From the IMG/VR virus record IMGVR_UViG_3300031953_000057, positions 1 through 39,459 of that record: a stretch of 39,459 bases of DNA; one strand, written 5' to 3'. Origin of the DNA: a virus (taxonomy: Duplodnaviria > Caudoviricetes). Of the stretch, positions 1-7,516 are shown in pieces; positions within the stretch are counted from its first letter, which is position 1, and every line of letters starts with the position of its first letter. The notes beneath the pieces are model-generated. The model did no database searches. It was not told the origin of the DNA and saw only the letters and a list, made by a program, of their open reading frames with translations. The position numbers and the translations under genes were made by a program.

Positions 1-2
1 GG

Positions 3-224
3 GAGCTGGCTCTTGGCGGGGGAGGCATCCCCCACGGGTGGCGAAGTCACACCCTTTTCTGCCTTGTCTTGACCCTTGGAACCCTTATCCGGGCTGCTCT
101 TAGGTGTCTCGACTGCTTCAGCATAGCCGGAGTTGATCAGTTTGTCTGCTGATCCGGGTGTTGTTGTGATTGTTTCGCCGGCCTTACGTCCGCCTGCGTT
201 GCGTGTGAGTGTTACTTGAGTCAT
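3..224 (-). CDS. small hypothetical protein, runs off the window edge (MTQVTLTRNAGGRKAGETITTTPGSADKLINSGYAEAV...)
   Basis: Hand-translated; ATG overlaps the stop of the HNH gene (ATGA); no stop before position 1. Confidence 0.6.
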   Translation of the reverse strand, partial: MTQVTLTRNAGGRKAGETITTTPGSADKLINSGYAEAVETPKSSPDKGSKGQDKAEKGVTSPPVGDASPAKSQL

Positions 225-523
225 GTTGTTCTCCCTGGGTGTATCTCTGTTGGTCTGCGTCTGAGCTCTGCTTGTTGTGTGTTGCGTGCTGCACTCTCGC
301 GTGTGGTCTTGGCTTTGTGGCATGGGCCGCTTAGCCATTGGAGCGCTTCGGGTCTGTGGTCGTCGCCGGGTGTGATGTGGTCGGCGTCTGTCCCGATGCC
401 GTCACATGCTGAGGCGTGTTGTGTTGCTTGGCATAGTCCGTTGGCGTTGGCTTTGACTTGGCGTCGGATTGTTGTCCAGTTTGTGGGGAGTCGTTGTCGC
501 CTGTCTGATGTTGACCAGTTCAC
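221..523 (-). CDS. HNH endonuclease, packaging-associated type
   Basis: LP.NW..IR..V...A.G.CQ, DADHI, LQWLSGPCHKAKT motifs; usual position near the genome end. Confidence 0.85.
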   Translation of the reverse strand: MNWSTSDRRQRLPTNWTTIRRQVKANANGLCQATQHASACDGIGTDADHITPGDDHRPEALQWLSGPCHKAKTTRESAARNTQQAELRRRPTEIHPGRTT

Positions 524-539
524 GACTTCTCCTTAACGC

Positions 540-566
540 AAAAAGCCACCCAGCTAGGGTGGCTAT
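540..566 (-). terminator. intrinsic terminator
   Basis: TAGCCACCC-tagct-GGGTGGCT then TTTT on the - strand. Confidence 0.8.
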
Positions 567-604
567 CGTTTCACTTAGTGGCGGTTACTGTTGCCGTGCT
601 GGCG

Positions 605-742
605 TTAGTTGCAGCCCAATTGGTGCCCGTAAAAGTAGGCGTTGACGGCCCATATCAGTAGGCCGCTGACGACGATGATCGCAGCCATTTTGAATATGAG
701 GAATGTTGTTGAGACTTCTTCTTCGTCGCATCCGTTACGCAC
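605..742 (-). CDS. 45-aa single-pass membrane peptide
   Basis: GGAGG RBS, GTG start, hydrophobic FLIFKMAAIIVVSGLLIWAVNAYFY, terminator downstream. Confidence 0.6.
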   Translation of the reverse strand: MRNGCDEEEVSTTFLIFKMAAIIVVSGLLIWAVNAYFYGHQLGCN

Positions 743-837
743 TGGCGCCTCCCTGTTTCATGGTCAGGACTATACCGTTTTGGGTATGGTTTCGGCTTAT
801 TGCGCGTCTCTGCTGGCAGCGGAATGCCAATGTTTTC

Positions 838-884
838 TGACTCCTAAATGGTAGTCAGTGAGGTTGACTCGTTTATGGTAGTCA
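838..884. promoter_or_regulatory. two tandem 20-bp palindromic boxes TGACT-N10-AGTCA
   Basis: 838-857 tgactcctaaatggtagtca and 865-884 tgactcgtttatggtagtca. Confidence 0.55.
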
Positions 885-1526
885 TCCGTTGCGCGCTTCA
901 GCCTTACCTTCTCGCCGTTCACGTTTGTGTCGCCACTCCATGACCGTCCGCCTTTGCTTTCGCAGGTTGCAGTGGGCGCACGCTGGTACGAGATTCCCGA
1001 CTGAATGCACGCCGCCCCGAACCAGCGGAACCACGTGGTCCCAGTGGAAGGCAACTAGCTTTACGTCGCAGTAAGCACAGAGCCCGCCGCGGCGATTGAA
1101 CTCGCGCCGCAGATCGTTCCGCGTGACACGGAACACTCCGTTGGCCCGCTTCCGCGCCCTTCTCGCTGCGTCATATATGCGCCGTTGCTCGCGGTCCCCG
1201 TTGCTCAATGCGTAGCGGCATTTATTCGAGCATGTCCCGTGGCGTTGATCTCTCGGGGTGAAGGTGACCGAGCAGTACGCGCATTTTCTGTCGGGAACCA
1301 CGAACTCGCCGAATAGAGTCTGGTACTTGTAGTGCCTGCGGCACCAAGACCGGGCGAACTTCTTGCTGCCGCACTCTGGGACAGAACACTGGGCCACCGT
1401 CTCGCGCGACCGCCATTTACGGTCCCTGCAAAGTTTGGAGCAGTACTTTGCCGAGGCGCGCACGGCCAAGAACTTAGCCGAGCAAACGTGGCATTCAAAA
1501 GTCTTCAGGGTTGAATTGACTGACAT
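882..1526 (-). CDS. free-standing HNH homing endonuclease with N-terminal Zn-ribbon repeats
   Basis: CxxC/YCSxxC repeats; CAYC...WDHVVPLVRGGVHSVGNLVPACAHCN; start set at ATG 1526 after GGGAGG. Confidence 0.9.
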   Translation of the reverse strand: MSVNSTLKTFECHVCSAKFLAVRASAKYCSKLCRDRKWRSRETVAQCSVPECGSKKFARSWCRRHYKYQTLFGEFVVPDRKCAYCSVTFTPRDQRHGTCSNKCRYALSNGDREQRRIYDAARRARKRANGVFRVTRNDLRREFNRRGGLCAYCDVKLVAFHWDHVVPLVRGGVHSVGNLVPACAHCNLRKQRRTVMEWRHKRERREGKAEARNG

Positions 1527-1668
1527 GGCGTCGGGCCTCCCTGCGCTCTCGCCGGTGCGTTCTTCGTTTGATTGCTTTGATGACGCCGGCTTTGTGTGTG
1601 TAGCAGAGGATGTGTCGCCATTTGGTGTAGGCGTCTTGTTCGTCAGCGTTGACAATACGACGTGGCAT
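1495..1668 (-). CDS. 57-aa basic phage protein (MPRRIVNADEQDAYTKWRHILCYTHKAGVIKAIKRRTHRRERREARRH...)
   Basis: Hand-translated; TGATG coupling to the upstream gene; below the ORF-track size cutoff. Confidence 0.7.
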   Translation of the reverse strand: MPRRIVNADEQDAYTKWRHILCYTHKAGVIKAIKRRTHRRERREARRHVSQFNPEDF

Positions 1669-1976
1669 CAGCGCACCTCAATGATGCGACCCACGTTGAT
1701 GCGGTCTGTCCATGTGTAGTCGGTTTCGACGGTCACACTCTTCGCGTTGACCTTCACAACCTTGTGCCAACCAGTGACAGTGCGAACAACCTTCGCGGCT
1801 TTGTACTGTTCAGGCGTGTACGCGATCTTCTCGTTGCGTTTCTTGAATGCTTCACGAGCCTTCGCAAACTCGGTTTCTTGCTGCTCTGCAAGTTCCGCCT
1901 TAGCTGCGTCGATTGTTCTTGCCGTGTCTGCTGCACCTCGTTTTAGGTGCGTGCGGCGTTGGGAAAGTGTCAGCAT
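1668..1976 (-). CDS. hypothetical protein with SH3-like C-terminus (GWHKVVKVNAKSVTV)
   Basis: AAGGAG RBS; motif recalls the C-terminal domain of DUF3560-type proteins. Confidence 0.7.
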   Translation of the reverse strand: MLTLSQRRTHLKRGAADTARTIDAAKAELAEQQETEFAKAREAFKKRNEKIAYTPEQYKAAKVVRTVTGWHKVVKVNAKSVTVETDYTWTDRINVGRIIEVR

Positions 1977-2009
1977 TGGGCTCTCCTTGGGTGAACTGTT
2001 AACTCTGAG

Positions 2010-2270
2010 TTAGTAGTTGCCCCAGTGTTTGGTGCAGTCTCCGCTATCAACCCCCGTAGCGGCGAGCGACGCTGCCCTTGCTAGCTCTCTGTCGATCCAT
2101 GCGAACTTGCGGGTTATTTCGTCCCGCTGCCCCTTGTCTGCGATTAGTGTCGCTCTGTCGCAGTCGGCTATGTAGGTTTGTCGAACTCTGTCGATCGCTT
2201 TCGCGGCCTCGCTACGAATTCGCCTTTCGGTTAGCTCGTCTTGGCGTTCTTCGAAGAGTGGGATTGTCAT
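2010..2270 (-). CDS. hypothetical protein (MTIPLFEERQ...)
   Basis: ATGA coupling with 2267..2449; the longer ORF-track start overlaps the divergent gene. Confidence 0.65.
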   Translation of the reverse strand: MTIPLFEERQDELTERRIRSEAAKAIDRVRQTYIADCDRATLIADKGQRDEITRKFAWIDRELARAASLAATGVDSGDCTKHWGNY

Positions 2271-2449
2271 GCTGCCATTTCCTCTGCGTATGCTTTGCGG
2301 CCTGCTTCGAGCAGTGCGCGCATTGCTGTGGGGTCTTCGGAGATCATCATTGCGATGGCGAGTTCGAAGGCTTCTTCGCGGGTGTATCCCTTGGCTTCGA
2401 TCTGGGTGGTGGTATTTGCGAGGACTTGGGCTGCTGTTGTTCTTTGCAT
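2267..2449 (-). CDS. 60-aa acidic hypothetical protein, leaderless
   Basis: Promoter TAGACA-17-TAGACT ends 6 nt before ATG. Confidence 0.7.
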   Translation of the reverse strand: MQRTTAAQVLANTTTQIEAKGYTREEAFELAIAMMISEDPTAMRALLEAGRKAYAEEMAA

Positions 2450-2455
2450 ATCTGT

Positions 2456-2502
2456 AGTCTACTTTGTGGATGCTTGTTTGTCTACTAAATAGACGATATT
2501 CT
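2456..2502. promoter_or_regulatory. overlapping divergent leaderless promoters with palindrome GTCTA-ctaaa-TAGAC
   Basis: - strand -35 2479-2484, -10 2456-2461; + strand TTGTTT 2474-2479, 17 nt, TATTCT 2497-2502; palindrome 2480-2494. Confidence 0.7.
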
Positions 2503-2508
2503 TTTGGC

Positions 2509-2679
2509 ATGAGCAAACCGCTGAAAGAACTGGAACGCATAGCCCGCGATATAAAGCGCCGGCCTGAACTGATTGAGGCTGCACGCAACGACAACGCATC
2601 GTGGGAGCAGATCGCCCAAGCCCTCGACATGAGCCGTGCCGGGGTGATCAAACTGCACAACACGTTAGAGCGTCCTTAG
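2509..2679 (+). CDS. small HTH transcriptional regulator
   Basis: AARNDNASWEQIAQALDMSRAGV HTH pattern; leaderless start. Confidence 0.8.
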   Translation: MSKPLKELERIARDIKRRPELIEAARNDNASWEQIAQALDMSRAGVIKLHNTLERP

Positions 2680-2903
2680 TCTGCGGATCGTCCGTCGTGT
2701 TCGGTGTCGTCGTTGGATCGGAACACGTAAACACTGTGACCTTCTGGGACGTACACGAGTCGTCCGTTGTCGCGTTTGTAGTTACGTTGCGCAATCTTCT
2801 CAACGTGTGCCGCAATGGCTTCGGGTGTTGCTTCGGGTGGCCAGTTTGCGGGGCGTGGGTTCTTGTTCACAGTTTTACCCCTAACAGTTTCAGTATCAGC
2901 CAT
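2676..2903 (-). CDS. hypothetical protein
   Basis: ORF track; start uncertain. Confidence 0.5.
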   Translation of the reverse strand: MADTETVRGKTVNKNPRPANWPPEATPEAIAAHVEKIAQRNYKRDNGRLVYVPEGHSVYVFRSNDDTEHDGRSAD

Positions 2904-2981
2904 GCACCGATGTTGACTAGTGGCCCGAATGTGCGTGATAGTCCTGCCGCGACCACATCTGTTGTGGTGTGGTGGGGTGGT

Positions 2982-3137
2982 TTAGACAACATGTTTTGCC
3001 AGGCGCAGCATTGCGACCTCGTTGGCAAGTTTGTTGTCGAGCGTGGGCCATTCTGCGGCGGGAACGAATAGTACGTGTTCGTGTGGGTGTTCTAGTTCGC
3101 GTGGGATCGGACGCGGCTCAGGTTGCCAGTCAGACAT
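2982..3137 (-). CDS. 51-aa hypothetical protein (MSDWQPEPRP...)
   Basis: Hand-translated; TGATG coupling. Confidence 0.55.
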   Translation of the reverse strand: MSDWQPEPRPIPRELEHPHEHVLFVPAAEWPTLDNKLANEVAMLRLAKHVV

Positions 3138-3397
3138 CATTCACCCGATGCTTCGTACTCATCCCACGATTGCTTCTCGCGGGCTTCGGAGTAGAACTTG
3201 ATCGCTTCTGCAATGTATTCCGCTGCTTCGTTCAGAAGTTCACTTTCGTTGAACCGTCCACTTTCAACGTTCAGCGAAAGTGTGAAAGCGCCGACTCCTT
3301 TGCTCCCACAAACTCCGTAGTCGATCTCGCCACGGAACGCACTATGCCCGCCGCTCTTATAGCAAAGCATCCCAATTTCTACAGGTTCGGCCATCAT
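3137..3397 (-). CDS. hypothetical protein
   Basis: Coupled start and stop in the gene string. Confidence 0.65.
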   Translation of the reverse strand: MMAEPVEIGMLCYKSGGHSAFRGEIDYGVCGSKGVGAFTLSLNVESGRFNESELLNEAAEYIAEAIKFYSEAREKQSWDEYEASGE

Positions 3398-3597
3398 CCA
3401 CTCTTTTCCGTCAGTCGGAATGTTTCGTCATGGAGCGCCCGCACTGTCCGCAACATCACTGCACGATGCTCACGGGCATGATGACTGCAAAACAGAAGCG
3501 GGCCAGTGTTGAACGTGGCTCGAACGTATGCCTGAGCCCCACACGCCCCAACATCGCAACGATCGTGGGCAGTCAACGTGTCAGTGTGCTTACCCAT
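3394..3597 (-). CDS. small Zn-binding protein of the actinobacterial 'LTA.DRCD..CGAQAYVR...LLFC.HH' family
   Basis: Motif recognised in the translation; start at ATG 3597. Confidence 0.75.
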   Translation of the reverse strand: MGKHTDTLTAHDRCDVGACGAQAYVRATFNTGPLLFCSHHAREHRAVMLRTVRALHDETFRLTEKSG

Positions 3598-3850
3598 TGG
3601 CTTGCAACGTCTCGAGCGCACCACGGATCTCGTTCAGATCAACGGGGTAACTTTTTTCGTACCAGTCGAGCATCGTAAACGCACGCTCAAAGTGGGGTGC
3701 GCCAACAGATTCGCCACCGTAACAACCAGTAGCGAACATCAGCAACCACTCGACTTCTTCATCGTCAATGCGAAGTTCGGCACGGTTGAAGCTATAACCG
3801 CATGTTTCGCAGTCGTCGTCATCACCGAGCATGATCTCAATGTCTTCCAC
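3590..3850 (-). CDS. hypothetical protein with CxxC
   Basis: ORF track; overlaps the next gene start. Confidence 0.65.
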   Translation of the reverse strand: MEDIEIMLGDDDDCETCGYSFNRAELRIDDEEVEWLLMFATGCYGGESVGAPHFERAFTMLDWYEKSYPVDLNEIRGALETLQANG

Positions 3851-3951
3851 GATCAGGATCCCTGCCTTGATATTGGCGAATCAGGTCTACAGCAGTGAGC
3901 AGAGGCAGCAGACGCACCCTAAGCGCACCTGTTGATCTGCATACTCACGCG

Positions 3952-4022
3952 CTGAGCCACGAGGAATCGAACCCCGGTCTGCGGTTTTGGAGACCGCCGT
4001 GCTACCACTGCACCATGTCCCA
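3952..4022 (-). tRNA. tRNA-Trp(CCA)
   Basis: D arm GTGC/GCAC, anticodon arm GCGGT-CTCCAAA-ACCGC, T arm CGGGG-TTCGATT-CCTCG; acceptor stem has an A5-G68 mismatch; CCA end not encoded. Confidence 0.85.
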
Positions 4023-4067
4023 TTGCGCTAAGTGTTGGCACAGCGAAACCATGCCAACACCTAGCGA

Positions 4068-5270
4068 CTAAAGAAATGCGTTATCTGACCAGCCCATCGG
4101 GTGATGGTTGCCAATTAGCAACGCCAGGATTCCTGACCGGCTGAACTTCCCGGTCATGTCCCTAAGCCACTTCGACGAGTTATCGCCCTCACACGAGGGG
4201 CACTGGAACACCATCGCGCTACCCAAATCCCATGCTGCGAAATGGTGACGGTGTGCAGTAATCCAGATCCTTGCTTCGTGCGCCTTGGCATCACCGCGAG
4301 CTTGACCGTTGAGCCAAGTCTCGAAGCCCTTAGCGTCGTTACCGGGGATCTTGTGCCCGTGATTGAAGCCAACAGGTACGCCGGCAACATCTGCGTAAAC
4401 GTTCATCTCATCGTGAGGGATAGTGAACTTGACGTGCTCGAATTCTGCACGGCCCCTGAGGACACGTTGCAACGTTTCCGCAAGGAAAGCCCCACCAGTG
4501 TCTTCATCCCCAGTAAGCGACTTTGCTGAGCCGCCCTGACGCCCATACTGCGTGTGATTGCAGTGGACTGTCACGAACTGGCCCTTGTCGAACTGGGGGT
4601 AAAGCTCACGCGAGTATGCTTCCCAGATGTCTAGTACGTGGTTCTGCTGAGCTCTAAGCCCGCCCTGTACGGTATGCAGTTGGTTGGCATAGTTTCCGGC
4701 GATTCCCTCGAAAGGGTCGCCGTTGTTGACAAGAACAAGCTCGTTGATGTTGCGGCCACTTTTACGTTGCCGGTTGATGTACTCCTGAGTCATTTCTAAC
4801 CCGCGATACATGCGCTCGAGCAGTGCATCGATGCCACCAGATTCGGCCTTCATCGCTTGCATGTCAGCAAGGTTGACTACCGCAGCAACTTCGGGGCCTA
4901 AACCAGAACCGGGAATGCGCTTGGGTAGCTTCCAGCCCTGCACACGCTTACGTGCTGCTGTGATCTCGGCTTCTGTCGGCCCTTTCGACACGCAACGACG
5001 AAACTGTGCCCGATACGAGAACAGGTTTACGACGTCGCGTGAACCATCATCGAGCCCCTTTGACTGTTGCCACGTTGATACGCGAACAGTGTCGTCGACG
5101 ATCTCGAACGATTCGGGGTCAAGGTTGAAGCGGGTGAAAACTTCCGACCAGTCAGTGATTGGCTTGTCGGACTTCACGTCACGAAACTCGCCACCCTCGG
5201 GGCCAAGTTCCATGGAGCCGATTTGTTCGGCAGGTTTCTTGCTTTCAAGTTTACTGGCGAGCGAACCCAT
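4068..5270 (-). CDS. calcineurin-like metallophosphoesterase (Mre11-like)
   Basis: LADMQ, NGDPFEG, CNH, HGH and AHRHH metal motifs; GGAGAGG RBS before ATG 5270. Confidence 0.8.
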   Translation of the reverse strand: MGSLASKLESKKPAEQIGSMELGPEGGEFRDVKSDKPITDWSEVFTRFNLDPESFEIVDDTVRVSTWQQSKGLDDGSRDVVNLFSYRAQFRRCVSKGPTEAEITAARKRVQGWKLPKRIPGSGLGPEVAAVVNLADMQAMKAESGGIDALLERMYRGLEMTQEYINRQRKSGRNINELVLVNNGDPFEGIAGNYANQLHTVQGGLRAQQNHVLDIWEAYSRELYPQFDKGQFVTVHCNHTQYGRQGGSAKSLTGDEDTGGAFLAETLQRVLRGRAEFEHVKFTIPHDEMNVYADVAGVPVGFNHGHKIPGNDAKGFETWLNGQARGDAKAHEARIWITAHRHHFAAWDLGSAMVFQCPSCEGDNSSKWLRDMTGKFSRSGILALLIGNHHPMGWSDNAFL

Positions 5271-5481
5271 GGTCACCTCTCCATGCTGCGACGGTATCTT
5301 TACCAACCGATACGCCCGCTTCTCGCATTACTTGCACGAGGGCTGCATTGGTGAATCCTGGGTCTACTGCTGCTGCTTCGATTGCTTTCCGGTCGTCGTC
5401 GTCTAGTTGGGCGATCCATTGGCGGATGCTGACTTTGACTGGTTTCCGGTGTTGCTTGAGTGAGTCTTGTAGGGTTGCCAC
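5251..5481 (-). CDS. small putative HTH protein paired with the phosphoesterase
   Basis: GGAGG RBS; helical ...ALVQVMREAGVSVGKDTVAAWR. Confidence 0.7.
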   Translation of the reverse strand: MATLQDSLKQHRKPVKVSIRQWIAQLDDDDRKAIEAAAVDPGFTNAALVQVMREAGVSVGKDTVAAWRGDHGFARQ

Positions 5482-5496
5482 GGTTTTACCTCCGTG

Positions 5497-5625
5497 TTAC
5501 TTGTTGGTTTCGTTTTCATGTTTTGCGTATATCCGTTCGACGGCTTCACGGGCAGCGACGGAAATCTTGGAGCGCACAAGGTTTGCGGCCTCTGCGAGTT
5601 GTTGGTGTTCGGGGTATTCGGTCAT
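5497..5625 (-). CDS. 42-aa hypothetical protein (MTEYPEHQQLAEAANL...)
   Basis: Hand-translated; ATGA coupling. Confidence 0.55.
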   Translation of the reverse strand: MTEYPEHQQLAEAANLVRSKISVAAREAVERIYAKHENETNK

Positions 5626-5708
5626 TTCCAGACTCCACAGCTAGAACATTCGGTGCGCCCGGCGTTGATGTACCGCCAAACATGAACGTGCGGTTTGGGA
5701 GGTTTCAA
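5622..5708 (-). CDS. 28-aa His/Cys miniprotein (MKPPKPHVHVWRYINAGRTECSSCGVWK)
   Basis: GGGAG RBS, TTG start, HxH...CxxC pattern. Confidence 0.55.
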   Translation of the reverse strand: MKPPKPHVHVWRYINAGRTECSSCGVWK

Positions 5709-5775
5709 CGTCACTCCCTGAAAGTTTTGGTCGCGCAGTGTGGAGGACGTAACACCCCACACCACGCGGTCACGC

Positions 5776-5994
5776 AAGTTGGTGTTCCGAGAGAAGCGGG
5801 CAGAAGTTTGTTCTACTCCAACCGAGCTACAGCGTCACACTGATGTTCCCGCAGTAACTGCTCGGCAATGTCCTGATGGAGACACGGCCCGGTTCCCCAC
5901 CCGCACAAATCGCAAATGCCGGCAAAGGCTGTCACTGTCTGCATCAAGATCATTGCTTGCTCTCCAAAGTTGGTGTCCGAGAGAAGCGGGCAGA
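5776..5994. repeat. 28/29-bp direct repeat flanking a mini-gene
   Basis: aagttggtgt(t)ccgagagaagcgggcaga at 5776-5804 and 5967-5994. Confidence 0.9.
5813..5953 (-). CDS. 46-aa Zn-finger-like miniprotein (CDLCGW...LREHQC)
   Basis: GGAGAG RBS, ATG, CxxC...H pattern. Confidence 0.65.
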   Translation of the reverse strand: MILMQTVTAFAGICDLCGWGTGPCLHQDIAEQLLREHQCDAVARLE

Positions 5995-6390
5995 GGCTGC
6001 AAGGCTCGACGGCCTCGACGGTTTATGCGTGCCCGCTCTCGGATGGTCTCGTTTGCGTGTTCTTGGGTGAGACTGACCCTCAATGACAGGCAACCAACCT
6101 GTGCACTTCACGGTGTACCCGTGCTCTCTCTAAGCGAGAGGTCTTTGCTGGATGCGCCAAAAGGACGCACCCGATACTCCTTCACCGCATGGGTGACGAG
6201 CTAAAACAACGACAGCGGATATGCGCAAGGAGCATTGCATCCGATGTCAGGTCCGCCGTTGCAACAGCGGCTCCATGACCCAATTAGCGCTTTCCGAGAC
6301 AACCTCTCGGTGCCACTGTTAGACGGCACTTGCACGACCCCGCGCACACTAGAAGGCGTGTGATGATCGGGTGTGGAGTGCCGAAATTTA
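5965..6390 (-). ncRNA. putative structured late-leader RNA (about 10 consecutive hairpins)
   Basis: No credible ORF; serial inverted repeats whose G-U pairs mostly favour the - strand. Confidence 0.5.
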
Positions 6391-6433
6391 AACAGAAAAG
6401 CGATATGTCACCCGATGGGATGAGATATCGCTT
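6390..6433 (-). terminator. promoter-proximal intrinsic terminator
   Basis: AAGCGATAT...ATATCGCTT stem then TTCTGTTT. Confidence 0.75.
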
Positions 6434-6439
6434 AAGCAA

Positions 6440-6469
6440 AGCTTACTACACGGATGCCCACGCCTGCAA
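6440..6469 (-). promoter_or_regulatory. putative late promoter
   Basis: TTGCAG-18-TAAGCT directly after the HTH gene stop. Confidence 0.6.
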
Positions 6470-6694
6470 TCATTGATTTCGGCGTGTCATGCGGCTCTCA
6501 TTTTGTCGCATCTTCCGTGCACGAAAGTCAGCCAACAACTCAGTACGGTTGATAAGCCCCGCCCGAATCGGCAACCCCTCGCGGATATATCGCATGATGG
6601 TCTTCTTCGGACAGCCAAGGTGGAGTGCCGCTTTCTCGACACTCCACCAGACATCATCGTTCAAAAGCCACTGCAACTGTTGCTTAGCTGTCAC
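6470..6694 (-). CDS. HTH DNA-binding protein, candidate late regulator
   Basis: WWSVEKAALHLGCPKKTIMRYIREGL (HTH_17/MerR-like); GTGA coupling. Confidence 0.75.
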   Translation of the reverse strand: MTAKQQLQWLLNDDVWWSVEKAALHLGCPKKTIMRYIREGLPIRAGLINRTELLADFRARKMRQNESRMTRRNQ

Positions 6695-6849
6695 AGGTAT
6701 CCTTCCGATGCCGCCTTCACGAGAACTAGATTCTTGGGCACGAACCGCCAACGGTTGCCGTTGATCCATGTCCAACCGTTCTCGGTCAGCCGCCAAAGGT
6801 CGCCGTTTTCGGGATCTTCGTAGAGGCCCGGTTCACGCTCTTCGCTCAT
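6691..6849 (-). CDS. 52-aa hypothetical protein (MSEEREPGLYEDPENGDLW...)
   Basis: GAAAGGA RBS. Confidence 0.65.
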   Translation of the reverse strand: MSEEREPGLYEDPENGDLWRLTENGWTWINGNRWRFVPKNLVLVKAASEGYL

Positions 6850-6932
6850 GGTTCTCATCCTTTCGTCACAGCCTTCACCGTGTAGCACGGTTGGTCATCC
6901 CACAGGTTCACTCGTGTTCCCGCATCCACGGG

Positions 6933-7367
6933 CTAGATCCCACCGTGGCGATGCATCTCCGAAAGAACTGATGCCGCGCCACCGAATCCGCTGGGGGACG
7001 CAGCTTTCATACGGTCGATGAGTTCTTGCACCGTGTAGAGACGGGTGAACGGGGCGTAACTTCGCGCGGAATCAAGATCCTGCAATCTCCCACCCGCCTC
7101 CGCCACGTTGCCATCTCGTGATGCCATGCCAAAGAACCGCCATATTGTGCCGTACTCATCCCGTTGCACCGTCCCCCAAGGAACCTCAAACGGTGGCGGC
7201 TGCGGAACATCCTCAATGAGGTAATGCGTACCACTTGTCGAGTTCCAGCTATCAAAATCAAATGCTGCGGTAAATTCCACAGCGTTAGCCCATGAGTCAC
7301 CGTCCGCTTCCCAGCGAATCTTTTGTCCTTTGCGGATGTCTGCAACCGCAATCTCTTCTAACGCCAT
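6933..7367 (-). CDS. hypothetical protein, paralog of 10156..10575
   Basis: Shared DIRKGQ, FEVPWGT.QRD, YAPFTRL.TVQEL motifs. Confidence 0.8.
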   Translation of the reverse strand: MALEEIAVADIRKGQKIRWEADGDSWANAVEFTAAFDFDSWNSTSGTHYLIEDVPQPPPFEVPWGTVQRDEYGTIWRFFGMASRDGNVAEAGGRLQDLDSARSYAPFTRLYTVQELIDRMKAASPSGFGGAASVLSEMHRHGGI

Positions 7368-7516
7368 CAGCTCTCTCCTGTTTCTGAACTATGTGTTATT
7401 AGGCTGCAAACGCATCGAGGCAACGAATCCGGATGCGTCGTCATTGGGCCATCGAATCCTGTGCACAGAAGGTGATCACCACGAGCGCACTGGGCGCAGA
7501 AATTAGGCTCAATCAT
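7367..7516 (-). CDS. 49-aa Cys/His-rich protein (MIEPNFCAQCARGDHLLC...)
   Basis: AGGAG RBS. Confidence 0.65.
   Translation of the reverse strand: MIEPNFCAQCARGDHLLCTGFDGPMTTHPDSLPRCVCSLITHSSETGES

Noticed and set aside
5776-5994. Possible mini-CRISPR array
   Set aside because: Only two repeats, a 162-nt coding spacer, and no cas genes
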